The position numbers and the translations under genes are program-made. Of a stretch of 64,000 nt of DNA, positions 18,538 through 27,758 are shown one piece after another. Below the pieces are notes generated by a model. It was not told where the DNA came from. It saw nothing but the letters and a program-made list of their open reading frames with translations, and ran no database searches. Source of the stretch: Candidatus Iainarchaeum sp. (lineage in GTDB: Archaea; Iainarchaeota; Iainarchaeia; Iainarchaeales; CSSED10-239); assembly GCA_028700115.1 (NCBI GenBank), contig JAQVTI010000001.1, positions 107,798 to 171,797 of the forward strand, in the 5' to 3' direction. Within the stretch, counting starts at the first letter, position 1. Each line of letters begins with the position of its first letter.

Positions 18538-18610
18538 CGAGTCCGGAGGGATTCGAACCCTCGACCCACAGCTTAGAAGGCTGTTGCCCTATCCACTAGG
18601 CCACGGACCC
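18538..18610 (-). tRNA. tRNA-Arg (anticodon TCT)
   Basis: Hand-folded from the reverse complement. Acceptor GGGTCCG/CGGACTC (G2:U71). Anticodon stem ACAGC/GCTGT with loop CTTCTAA. T-arm GAGGG-TTCGAAT-CCCTC. Confidence 0.8.
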
Positions 18611-18683
18611 AATATAATATAGTATAGCAAAATATATAAATAGTAACTTTATTTGAACTAAAAAAAAATATAAAAAAGAAAAC

Positions 18684-20192
18684 CTATTGGTTTTCTAAAA
18701 TAATTTGATATTGTTCATTCAAATATTCTGATTCAGAAGCATATTTATCCATAATTGGTAAAACAATTTTTTCTTGCCCTAAAGAATCTTTTAAACTAAA
18801 TAAAAGTCTATGTGTTTCTAAATAAACTCCTTGTTCTTGAGCACATCTAGAAAATACAGCTGGGAAAATTGCAGAAGTTTCATGAACAACAAAATCTTTA
18901 ATAACAAGATATGCTTTATTTGTGTCCACATATTCCTCTATAAACTTTTCTTGAGTATCTTTTTCAAATAATGTACAATATGGACAATCATAATCTGTAA
19001 AAACATAAACCCCAAAATTAGAATATTTATTTCCAATAACATAATCGTTTGAATTTTCTAAAACAGTAGAATCAATTAACTTATATACAAAATCAAGACC
19101 ACTAGAAGAAACTAAATTAGGCATAACAAATGGATTTAAAAGATAACCTTTTGATTTTGTTTCTATAAATAATTGCTCAAAAAAACTTTGAAAATTTTGA
19201 TCATAAACATCATCTTCAAAAATATTTCCTTCAATATATATAGCTGGGATTGAATCTATTTGAGAACCTTCTATAATTTTTTTAGCATTATCAGATTCAT
19301 AAGAAAGATAAATAGTTTCAAAAGAATCTAAAATATCTGTGAAAAATTCTTTAACATCTAAAGTTAAATTTTCTGAATTTTTTAAAGAATTTATAAATTC
19401 AATTGTATTTTGTTTAGAAACAGCATTATTTTCATTTGTAATAATATATATTTTTGGAACAGAATTTACATCTGAAATAAAAGTATTATTATAATCAAAA
19501 GAAATAATTGGATCATTTAAAGTAAAATCAATTTTTTCTTTAAAAGAATTATAATCAACATATCCTGGTAACAAATAACCATTTAAATATATTCCAGGAG
19601 TACCTGTTATTCCTAAAACATTAGCAAGAGAAATATCTTCAGTAATTTTTTTTATAATATCTGCTTTTTCAAGATTTAAATTTGGATTTGAATAATCATT
19701 TTCTATAATACAAGCATCCATTAATTCTTTATTAATATTTAAATCTTTATAATATGGTTCTAAAACTTCTAATTGTGCAAACTTTATATCTCTAAAAATA
19801 TTTGATTGAAGAGAAGTCACTCTTTCTTCAAATTCTTCTAAACTAAGATTTTCTACAATATTGTTATCTATTTGATTTTCATCTAAAAAAGAATTTTGAT
19901 CAATAGATGAAGAACTGTCAATATTTTTAGGATATAAAATAATTAAAATTACAATTGCAATAATTAATAAACCTAAAACAATAATTGTTGCAATATCTTT
20001 AGATTTATATTTTTTAGTAGACTTTACTTTAGAAATCTTTTTTTTATCATTAGAAGACGCATCTTTCTTTTTAGAAACAATATTATTATCAGAAATAGAA
20101 TTTTTCTTTTTTGAAATATTCTTATTTTCTTTAACTACAACCTTTTTTTGTAGTTTCTTTTTATTACTTTTTTTAGTTGCCAAAATAACCAC
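18684..20192 (-). CDS. membrane-anchored DsbA-like thiol:disulfide oxidoreductase with two thioredoxin-fold regions
   Basis: Lys-rich cytoplasmic N-terminus and a single TM (IATIIVLGLLIIAIVILIILY). First domain carries GITGTPGIYLNG cis-Pro-type DsbA motifs. Second domain carries the CPYC active site (DYDCPYCTLFEKD). Confidence 0.6.
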   Translation of the reverse strand: MVILATKKSNKKKLQKKVVVKENKNISKKKNSISDNNIVSKKKDASSNDKKKISKVKSTKKYKSKDIATIIVLGLLIIAIVILIILYPKNIDSSSSIDQNSFLDENQIDNNIVENLSLEEFEERVTSLQSNIFRDIKFAQLEVLEPYYKDLNINKELMDACIIENDYSNPNLNLEKADIIKKITEDISLANVLGITGTPGIYLNGYLLPGYVDYNSFKEKIDFTLNDPIISFDYNNTFISDVNSVPKIYIITNENNAVSKQNTIEFINSLKNSENLTLDVKEFFTDILDSFETIYLSYESDNAKKIIEGSQIDSIPAIYIEGNIFEDDVYDQNFQSFFEQLFIETKSKGYLLNPFVMPNLVSSSGLDFVYKLIDSTVLENSNDYVIGNKYSNFGVYVFTDYDCPYCTLFEKDTQEKFIEEYVDTNKAYLVIKDFVVHETSAIFPAVFSRCAQEQGVYLETHRLLFSLKDSLGQEKIVLPIMDKYASESEYLNEQYQIILENQ

Positions 20193-20304
20193 CTTAATTT
20201 TTTATTATTTAAAATATTATTTTAAAAAACAATAGATAATATAAAAAAGATAGAAAATGTTTATAAACATACTTTATTTAATGTTTTCTTACAATATAAA
20301 TAAT

Positions 20305-21273
20305 ATGGATAAAGAAAAAATATTTAAAGACTTAAAAAAGAAACAATATGGTATTTTTGGAGATCATAGTGCGGTAGAAATTTGTGAATGGAATAAAAAA
20401 GCATTAAGAGGAGAAGGAGTTTGCTATAAACAAAAATTTTATAATGCAGACTGTCACAGATGTGCACAAATTACCCCTGCTGTTATTTGGTGTCATCAAA
20501 ATTGTATTTTTTGTTGGAGACCTGCAAATTATATGAAAGAACATATTCTTAAAGGAAAAATAAATGAACCAAAAGAAATAATAGATAATCTTTTTGAAGA
20601 AAGAAAAAAATTATTAAACGGATTTGGAGGAAATCCAAAAGTAGATAAAGAATTTTATAAAGAAGCATTAATACCATCTCATGTAGCAATATCTCTTGCA
20701 GGAGAACCAACTATATATCCTAAAATAGGAGAACTTATAAATGAACTTAAAAGCAGAGAAGAAATTAAAACAATTTTTTTAGTAACAAATGGATTAGAAC
20801 CAAAAAGACTAAAAGAATTAAATGATAAAAATAATCTTCCAACACAATTATATTTATCTATAGAAGCATGTAATTATGATATGCATTTAAAAATAAACAG
20901 ACCAAAAATAAAAGACTCTTGGCAAAGACTAAATGAAACAATAAAACTAATGCCAATTTTAAATTGTAGACGGGTAGTAAGATTTACTTTAATAAAAGGA
21001 TTAAATGATTCTTTAGAATATATAGATGATTTTTTAAAAATGTTTGAAGAAACACAAACAGACTTTATAGAAATAAAATCATATATGTTTTTGGGGGAAT
21101 CAAGAGAAAATTTAAAAAAAGAAAATATGCCAACACATACAGAAGTAGAAAACTATGCTAAAGAAATTGAAAAAAGATCTGAAAATTACTCTGTAATAGA
21201 TAGACAAGTTGCTTCCAGAATAGTACTTTTAAAAAATAAGAATAGCAAATATAGAAATTTCATAAAAGATTAA
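20305..21273 (+). CDS. taw1: tRNA 4-demethylwyosine synthase Taw1 (TYW1 radical SAM)
   Basis: Radical SAM CxxxCxxC (CHQNCIFC). Three upstream Cys whose spacing matches the auxiliary cluster ligands of archaeal TYW1 (Cys about 27/40/53 then 63/67/70, counted from Met at 20305). Confidence 0.7.
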   Translation: MDKEKIFKDLKKKQYGIFGDHSAVEICEWNKKALRGEGVCYKQKFYNADCHRCAQITPAVIWCHQNCIFCWRPANYMKEHILKGKINEPKEIIDNLFEERKKLLNGFGGNPKVDKEFYKEALIPSHVAISLAGEPTIYPKIGELINELKSREEIKTIFLVTNGLEPKRLKELNDKNNLPTQLYLSIEACNYDMHLKINRPKIKDSWQRLNETIKLMPILNCRRVVRFTLIKGLNDSLEYIDDFLKMFEETQTDFIEIKSYMFLGESRENLKKENMPTHTEVENYAKEIEKRSENYSVIDRQVASRIVLLKNKNSKYRNFIKD

Positions 21274-21274
21274 T

Positions 21275-22138
21275 ATGGAAGAAAAATACAAACAAAAAAT
21301 AATAAAAGAAATAACAACAAATAAAACAATTTGTTTATTAGCACCTTCTTTTCCAGTAGATTTCAAATATCCAGATATAGTATATAAACTGAGACAAATT
21401 GGATTTGATAAAATATTTGAATTAACATATGCGGCAAAAATAATTAACCAACATTATCATACAATAATAAAAAATGAAAACAAAAAACAATTTATAGCAG
21501 CAAATTGCCCATGTACAATAACATATATAGAAAATCAATTTCCTGAATTTAAAAAAAACATAATAAACATTGCATCACCAATGGTAGTAATGGCAAGATT
21601 TTCAAAAAAAAAATATCCAAAAAAAAAATGTGTTTTTATAGGACCTTGCCTTGCTAAACAACAAGAAGCAAAAAAAAATAAAGAAGTAGATTTTGCAATA
21701 ACATTTAAAAACCTATATGAAATATTTAAATATTTTGAAAAAGAAAAAAAATTTAGAAAAATTAAAAAATCAAAAAAAAATTTGCAATTTGATTCATTAT
21801 ATAATGATTATACAAAAATATATCCATTATCAGGAGCAGTTGCAAAAACAATGCATTATAAAAAAATACTTAAAAAAAATCAAATAATTGTTGCAGATGG
21901 GGTTATAAAAATTAAAGAAGCACTTGAAAAAATGAAAATTAATAAAAATATAAAATTCTTAGATGCACTTTTTTGTAAAGGAGGATGCATTGGAGGACCA
22001 GGAATTATTTCTAAAAATAATTTAAATACAAAAATTAAAAAAATAAAAGAATATAGAAAAAATGCAAAAAAAGAAAAAATAGGAAAACATAAAGGATTAT
22101 TTAAATATTCTAAAAATTTAAATGTAAAAAGAAAATAA
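21275..22138 (+). CDS. [FeFe]-hydrogenase large-subunit C-terminal (H-cluster) domain-like protein, stand-alone
   Basis: Three Cys motifs resemble H-cluster L1/L2/L3: ANCPCTI, IGPCLAKQQEAK (MPCxxKxxE-like) and FCKGGCIGGPG (CxxGCxxGGG-like). Starts 2 nt after the taw1 stop. Lys-rich tail. Confidence 0.4.
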   Translation: MEEKYKQKIIKEITTNKTICLLAPSFPVDFKYPDIVYKLRQIGFDKIFELTYAAKIINQHYHTIIKNENKKQFIAANCPCTITYIENQFPEFKKNIINIASPMVVMARFSKKKYPKKKCVFIGPCLAKQQEAKKNKEVDFAITFKNLYEIFKYFEKEKKFRKIKKSKKNLQFDSLYNDYTKIYPLSGAVAKTMHYKKILKKNQIIVADGVIKIKEALEKMKINKNIKFLDALFCKGGCIGGPGIISKNNLNTKIKKIKEYRKNAKKEKIGKHKGLFKYSKNLNVKRK

Positions 22139-22162
22139 AAAAATTAATTTCTTAAAAAGAAA

Positions 22163-23311
22163 TTAATCAACTAAACCATCACCAGTTACATTATATACAG
22201 CTTCACCATCTGGAAGAGAAGGAGAATCAACTAATTTTGCAATTCTTTTAGAACCAGTTCCTTTTCTTAAATAAACACGTGTTTTAGAAGCATGTTTTAC
22301 AACATTCCCACCAATTGCATCTGTTGGGTCTCCAAACAATATATCTGGTCGTGACATAACTTGATTTGTAACAAAAACAACAACATTATAAAGTTCTGCA
22401 ATCTTTTGTAAAAGTCTCATATGCTTATTGATTTTTTGTTGCCTATCTGATAATTGACCTCTACCAGTAAACTCAGATCTAAATTGACTAGTTAAAGAAT
22501 CAACAATTACAAGTTTAATATTTTTATCTTTAATTAAATCAACACCCTTTTCTGCAAGAAGCATTTGATGATCACTATTATATGCTCTTGCAACAAATAT
22601 ATTTTTCATAACCTTTTCAGGATCAAGTCCTCTATATTGAGCAATTTGAGACACTCTTTCAGGTCTAAAAGAATTTTCTGTATCAATATATAAAACAGCT
22701 CCATCTAAACCACCTTGATCTTTAGGAAGTTGAGCAGTAACACATAATTGAAAACACCATTGACTTTTTCCAGAAGCAAACTTTCCATAAACTTCTGTAA
22801 TTGATTGACTTTCAATTCCACCACCTAATAACTCATCAAGACTTGAAGAACCAGTAGTTATTCTTGAAATTAATTTTCTTCTATCTAAAATTTTTTCAGC
22901 ACTTTCAAAACCCATCTCAAGTGCATCTCTTGCAGCTTTAATTGCTTTTATAGCAGTACCTTCACCTAAAGATGCAACAGCAACAAGCTCCATAGGTGAT
23001 GCAACTGCAATAGATTCATAAGTTTCATAACCTGCGGCTTTTAATTTTTCTGCAGAAGTTGGACCAATACCAGGAAGATCAGTTATTTCTTTTGGTTTTA
23101 TTTTTTCTTTTATAGGATCATCTATAATTTCATCATCTACATCTACTGGAGAATCTAAATTATCATAATCTTCTACACCTTCTTGATAACTATCATCTAA
23201 ATTTTTATCTAAATTTATATTTTTTTTAGACATATTAAACACCTTCTTTTTATTTTTTATAAACTTTTTAAATTGCGTTTTATTTCTTGTGTTTCTCGCC
23301 TCACAAATCAT
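22163..23311 (-). CDS. radA: DNA repair and recombination protein RadA
   Basis: N-terminal HhH (ITDLPGIGPTSAEKLKAAGYETYESIA). RecA core Walker A GKFASGKSQ and Walker B LVIVDS. The likely true start is the internal MSKKN Met near nt 23233. An acidic low-complexity stretch precedes the HhH. Confidence 0.85.
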   Translation of the reverse strand: MICEARNTRNKTQFKKFIKNKKKVFNMSKKNINLDKNLDDSYQEGVEDYDNLDSPVDVDDEIIDDPIKEKIKPKEITDLPGIGPTSAEKLKAAGYETYESIAVASPMELVAVASLGEGTAIKAIKAARDALEMGFESAEKILDRRKLISRITTGSSSLDELLGGGIESQSITEVYGKFASGKSQWCFQLCVTAQLPKDQGGLDGAVLYIDTENSFRPERVSQIAQYRGLDPEKVMKNIFVARAYNSDHQMLLAEKGVDLIKDKNIKLVIVDSLTSQFRSEFTGRGQLSDRQQKINKHMRLLQKIAELYNVVVFVTNQVMSRPDILFGDPTDAIGGNVVKHASKTRVYLRKGTGSKRIAKLVDSPSLPDGEAVYNVTGDGLVD

Positions 23312-23631
23312 AACTTAAGTGAAGATATAACTTAAGAAAATATATATATATATATTATATAATTTAAATATATAATATAATCTATTATACTAAAATTAAT
23401 TTTAATTTAACATAATATATTATTAATCAATATTTGTATACCTCCTATTTATAAACAGTTTTTTAAATTGTTTACAAATTATATAATTAAATAATATATG
23501 ATAATAAATAAGTTAATTTCTAAAGACCTTGTGACCGAGAAAAAAAATATAAAAATAAATTAAATATAAATATATTTCTATTTACTATTAAGATAGAAAT
23601 TAATATAAAAATACTAATAAAATGAAAAAAT

Positions 23632-25761
23632 ATGCTTGACGATAATAATATTAAATGGTTTAAAGATATAAAAGATAGTGAAATTACAGAAATAGGATAT
23701 AAAGCACATAGACTTTCTGAATTACATAAATCACATTTCCCAATACCAAGAGGGTTTGTAATAAACTCAAAATATTATTTTAGTTTTTTTCAACAAAATG
23801 ATCTTAAAGAAAAAATCTTAGAAATTTTAAAAACAATAAATATAGATAATAAAGAGGAAATTTTAAAAAAATCAAAACAAATTAAAGATTTAATATATAA
23901 AACTAAATTTAAAGAAAAATTTATTAATGAAATTGCAAAAATGTATAATAAAATTGGAGAATCACAAATAGGATGGCTAAATAGTAAAGTCGATGAATAT
24001 GTTGCAATTAGAGTATCTATAGTTTCAGAAAAGCACCCCCCTAAAGAACTAGATTTTATTGAAAAATATAGTGGTTTTCTAAATATTAAAGGAATTAACC
24101 AAATTATGGAATGTATTAAAGAAATATGGGCATCTTCTTTTGATCCAGAATTAATTATTGAAAAAAATAAAAAAAATATTTCAGATAATGATTTTGCTAT
24201 CGCAATAATTATTCAAAAAATGATAAATGCACCAATTTCAGGAATTATGAAAACAACAAATGATATTGGAGAAAAAAATACAATTATTGAAGCAATATAT
24301 GGTTTTGGAGGAAGTGGTATAATTTGCCAAATAACTCCAGATAATTATGAAGTAAATAAAAAAAATATAGAAATTATTAGAAAAACACAATCAAAACAAG
24401 AATGGATGTTAAAAAGAATAGTTGGGAAAACAACAAAAGTTATAATTGATGAAAATAAAAAAAATAAACCTAAATTAGAAAATCACGATATTAAAGAGCT
24501 TACATCTATTGGAAAAAAATTAGAACTTTTTTTTGGAAATCCATTATATGTAGATTGGGTAATTGATAAAGCAGATATATATATTCTTAGTGCTGATCCA
24601 ATAGATCCTTCTAAAAAAAAAATTATTAAAAAAAACACAAAAAAAATAGAACATGAAGGATTCCAAGATAAAATGGACTCTTTTAAAAAAGATGTAATTA
24701 TCCAAGGAATTCCTGTATCCCCAGGAATAGCAAACGGAGTTGTAAAAATTATAAAAAATAAATTAGATTTAGAAGAAATTGATTCAGAAACAATTTTAGT
24801 TTCAAAAATGACAAGCCTAGAAATGACTCCATATGTTAAAAAAGCAAAAGCTGTAATTACAGATGCAGGAAGTACTATTTGCCATGCAGCATTAATTTCA
24901 AAAAAATATGATATTCCATGTATAGTTCATACAGAATATGCAACAAGTAAATTAAAAGATGGACAAAATATACAAGTAAATGGAAATAATGGAAAAGTAT
25001 ATAATCTTACAGGAGTAAAAATTATAAAAATAAAAAAAGAAGAAGAAAAAGAAATAAAAATGATTGAAAAAGAAAGCGAGATTCCAAAAACATTTACACA
25101 AATAATTGTAAAAATTGATGAAATTGAAAAATTAAGAGAAATAAATAAAGAAGACATTAATGGAATATATATATGTACACAAAATCTTTTTACAAAAGAA
25201 GAATATATAGAAATAATTAAAGATAAAGAAATATTAATTAAAAAAATTAGATCAAAAATTGATTTAATTAAAAAAATAACAGATAATAAAAAAATATATT
25301 ATGAAATAAATCTCCATCAAAAAGACTTAGTTTATGAAAATATTTCTAATTATGAATTAGAAGCAATTTTTGAAGAAAATAATGAAAATATAAAAATTAT
25401 TTTAGACAATATAAAATCTAAAGAAGAAATTATCCCAATAGAACAGAATACAATAAATAAAATTGGAATAAAAATAGATTCATTAAATACAAATATAATT
25501 TATTCAATATTAGAAAATATAGAAACAATTATAATTAATACAGATAATTTTGATAAATCTAAAAATGTTGAAATTACAAATATTTGTAAAGAAAATAAAA
25601 TTAAAAAAATAATTAATATTAATAAAAATAATAAAAAAAATATAAAAGAATATATTGAATCAAAAATAAATGCAATAATTATAGACTATAATGAAATTAA
25701 TCTAAAAGAAATAGTCTATAAAAAAGAACAAGAGATGTTAAAAGATTTATTATCAATTTAA
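23632..25761 (+). CDS. PEP synthase / pyruvate phosphate dikinase-like protein with ATP-grasp N-domain and phospho-His swivel domain, lacking the PEP/pyruvate-binding TIM-barrel
   Basis: N-terminus HFPIPRGFVIN (PPDK_N-like). Mobile domain with the catalytic His context GSTICHAALISKKYDIPCIV. C-terminal 250 aa are low-complexity K/I/N/E-rich with none of the PEP-utilizers_C motifs. Confidence 0.5.
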   Translation: MLDDNNIKWFKDIKDSEITEIGYKAHRLSELHKSHFPIPRGFVINSKYYFSFFQQNDLKEKILEILKTINIDNKEEILKKSKQIKDLIYKTKFKEKFINEIAKMYNKIGESQIGWLNSKVDEYVAIRVSIVSEKHPPKELDFIEKYSGFLNIKGINQIMECIKEIWASSFDPELIIEKNKKNISDNDFAIAIIIQKMINAPISGIMKTTNDIGEKNTIIEAIYGFGGSGIICQITPDNYEVNKKNIEIIRKTQSKQEWMLKRIVGKTTKVIIDENKKNKPKLENHDIKELTSIGKKLELFFGNPLYVDWVIDKADIYILSADPIDPSKKKIIKKNTKKIEHEGFQDKMDSFKKDVIIQGIPVSPGIANGVVKIIKNKLDLEEIDSETILVSKMTSLEMTPYVKKAKAVITDAGSTICHAALISKKYDIPCIVHTEYATSKLKDGQNIQVNGNNGKVYNLTGVKIIKIKKEEEKEIKMIEKESEIPKTFTQIIVKIDEIEKLREINKEDINGIYICTQNLFTKEEYIEIIKDKEILIKKIRSKIDLIKKITDNKKIYYEINLHQKDLVYENISNYELEAIFEENNENIKIILDNIKSKEEIIPIEQNTINKIGIKIDSLNTNIIYSILENIETIIINTDNFDKSKNVEITNICKENKIKKIININKNNKKNIKEYIESKINAIIIDYNEINLKEIVYKKEQEMLKDLLSI

Positions 25762-25994
25762 ATTTTACCTCTTGAAGCCATAAAAGATAAAACAGAAACA
25801 ACATGCTTATAGGATACATTTGGGTTATTTATAAATATTTTTTTTATTTCTTCTTTTTGAATATCTGATAACCTAGAATAACTTTTTCTAACTTCTTTTA
25901 ATAATAATTGATATTTTTTAGATACAGAAAGCGGATTTAAATTATTCTTTTTTGAAATATTTTCAACTTCTTTTACACCTAAAGTAAATCTCAC
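25758..25994 (-). CDS. small hypothetical protein (78 aa), possible winged-helix
   Basis: ORF only. Overlaps the stop of the preceding gene by 4 nt in a convergent arrangement. Confidence 0.25.
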   Translation of the reverse strand: MRFTLGVKEVENISKKNNLNPLSVSKKYQLLLKEVRKSYSRLSDIQKEEIKKIFINNPNVSYKHVVSVLSFMASRGKI

Positions 25995-26038
25995 TTTATT
26001 TTTTTTAATAATAATATCACCTTAAAATTATATTTAAA

Positions 26039-26109
26039 AGCCAAGGTAGGGAGTCGAACCCCACTCTTCCGCTCTGCAGGCGGAGGCATAACCGATCTGC
26101 CACCTTGGC
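26039..26109 (-). tRNA. tRNA-Cys (anticodon GCA)
   Basis: Hand-folded from the reverse complement. Acceptor GCCAAGG/CCTTGGC with discriminator U (a Cys identity element). Anticodon stem TCCGC/GCGGA with loop CTGCAGA. T-arm TGGGG-TTCGACT-CCCTA. Confidence 0.75.
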
Positions 26110-26192
26110 ATATTTTAATGAAAAGGTTTATATGATATTTTCTATATTAAATATATATAAACAAAAGAATTTATAAACAAAATGGATAAATT

Positions 26193-27401
26193 ATGAAAAT
26201 TGCAATAATTAGTGATTGGCATTTGGGATTAAATTGGAAAACAGAATTAGAAATGGATTCATTTATACAACTAGAAGAAGCATTTAAACAAATAGAAACA
26301 GAAAATGTAGATTTAGTGCTATGTGCTGGGGATTTATTTGATAAACAATTACCTAATCATGAAGTTTATTTTCAAGCAATAAAAGTTTTAAATAAAATAA
26401 ATATTAAAAATAATATAGAACTTAAAAATAAATTTGGGCAATTGTTAAAAATACCAATGATAGGAATTATTGGAAATCATGAATATAGAGGAAAAGACTA
26501 TATTTCTACTGTTGAACTTTTAGAAATTATTGGATTTTTAAAAGTAATCCATGCAGAAAATATAAAAATTGAAAAAGAAAATGAAAAAATAAATATTTTT
26601 GGAATTTCTGGACTTCCAGATTCATTAATTAAAGAAATATTAAATAAATGGAATCCAAAACCTATAGAAAATGAAAAAAATATATTATTACTCCATCAAT
26701 CTATAAAAGAATATCTACCATTTGAAACAGAAGATATGCTTTCTTTATCAAATCTCCCAAAAGGATTTAATTTAATTATAAATGGACATCTTCATTGGAA
26801 TACATTAATAGATTTAGAACAAGGAAAATTTCTTATGCCTGGATCAACTGTTGCAACTCAACTTAAAAAAATAGAATCTAATAATAAAAAAGGATTTTAT
26901 ATCTATGATTCAAAAAAAGAAGAATATAAATATATAGAAATAAAAAATACAAGACAAATAATATATCTTGATTTAAAATATAATAATAAAACAATATCTG
27001 AAATAAAATATAATATAATTGAAAAAATTAATCAAAGCTTAGAAAAAATAAAAAAAGAAAATATAAATAAAAAACCATTTATTAGAATAAAAATAAAAGG
27101 AGAATTAGAAGATGGATTTTTTTCAAAAGATTTAAATATATCATATATTGAAAAAGAATTTCAAGAAAAAGCATATATTTCTATATCAAATAAATTAGAA
27201 GAAAAATCAATAAAAGAAAGTGTTGAAAAATTAAAAGATCTACAAAAAAATAAAGGAAATATTTTTGAAATATCTAAAGAAATCTTTTTTGAACAACTTA
27301 AACAAACAAAATTAAATAATTCTTTTGATACTAAAAGACTTTTTGAAGCATTATACAATAAAGATATAGAAAAGGCAAAAGAAATTATTTTTAAAAACTA
27401 A
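26193..27401 (+). CDS. mre11: Mre11/SbcD-family DNA repair nuclease (calcineurin-like phosphoesterase)
   Basis: Phosphoesterase motifs I-V in order: DWHLG, AGDLFD, GNHE, LLLHQS and GHLH. No rad50 is adjacent. Confidence 0.55.
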   Translation: MKIAIISDWHLGLNWKTELEMDSFIQLEEAFKQIETENVDLVLCAGDLFDKQLPNHEVYFQAIKVLNKINIKNNIELKNKFGQLLKIPMIGIIGNHEYRGKDYISTVELLEIIGFLKVIHAENIKIEKENEKINIFGISGLPDSLIKEILNKWNPKPIENEKNILLLHQSIKEYLPFETEDMLSLSNLPKGFNLIINGHLHWNTLIDLEQGKFLMPGSTVATQLKKIESNNKKGFYIYDSKKEEYKYIEIKNTRQIIYLDLKYNNKTISEIKYNIIEKINQSLEKIKKENINKKPFIRIKIKGELEDGFFSKDLNISYIEKEFQEKAYISISNKLEEKSIKESVEKLKDLQKNKGNIFEISKEIFFEQLKQTKLNNSFDTKRLFEALYNKDIEKAKEIIFKN

Positions 27402-27450
27402 TTTTAAATTAAAACAATACTTATTTAAAATAGTTTATACTAACATATAT

Positions 27451-27756
27451 ATGAATTATAAATCATATCATTTATTTGAAGTAATATCTAATAAAACTAG
27501 ATGGAAAATAATAAGTACACTTTACAAATCAGAAAAATGCGTTAAAGAAATTTGTAAAGATATAAAAGAAGAACAATCAAAAGTTAGTCATAATCTAAAA
27601 ATATTATCTAATTGTAAAATTGTTTTTTATAAAAGAGAAGGGAAATATAAAACTTATTCTTTAAATAAAAAAACAATTATACCAATAATAGAAATTACAG
27701 AAAAACATATAGATAATTTTTGTAAAAAAGAAGGGTGTAAATTTAAAAAAGATTAA
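27451..27756 (+). CDS. ArsR/SmtB-family HTH transcriptional regulator
   Basis: HTH region VKEICKDIKEEQSKVSHNLKILSNCKIV. Precedes the iscS-iscU operon. Confidence 0.55.
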   Translation: MNYKSYHLFEVISNKTRWKIISTLYKSEKCVKEICKDIKEEQSKVSHNLKILSNCKIVFYKREGKYKTYSLNKKTIIPIIEITEKHIDNFCKKEGCKFKKD

Positions 27757-27758
27757 AT

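Noticed and set aside
21275-22138. Calling this gene a functional hydrogenase
   Set aside because: The N-terminal Fe-S domains and maturase genes are absent and only the motif pattern matches. I report it as an H-cluster-domain-like protein, not a hydrogenase.
23312-23631. Possible ncRNA or CRISPR in the long AT-rich intergenic region (includes (at)n run)
   Set aside because: There are no regularly spaced direct repeats and no GC-rich structured segment. It looks like a divergent promoter region for radA and the PEPS-like gene.
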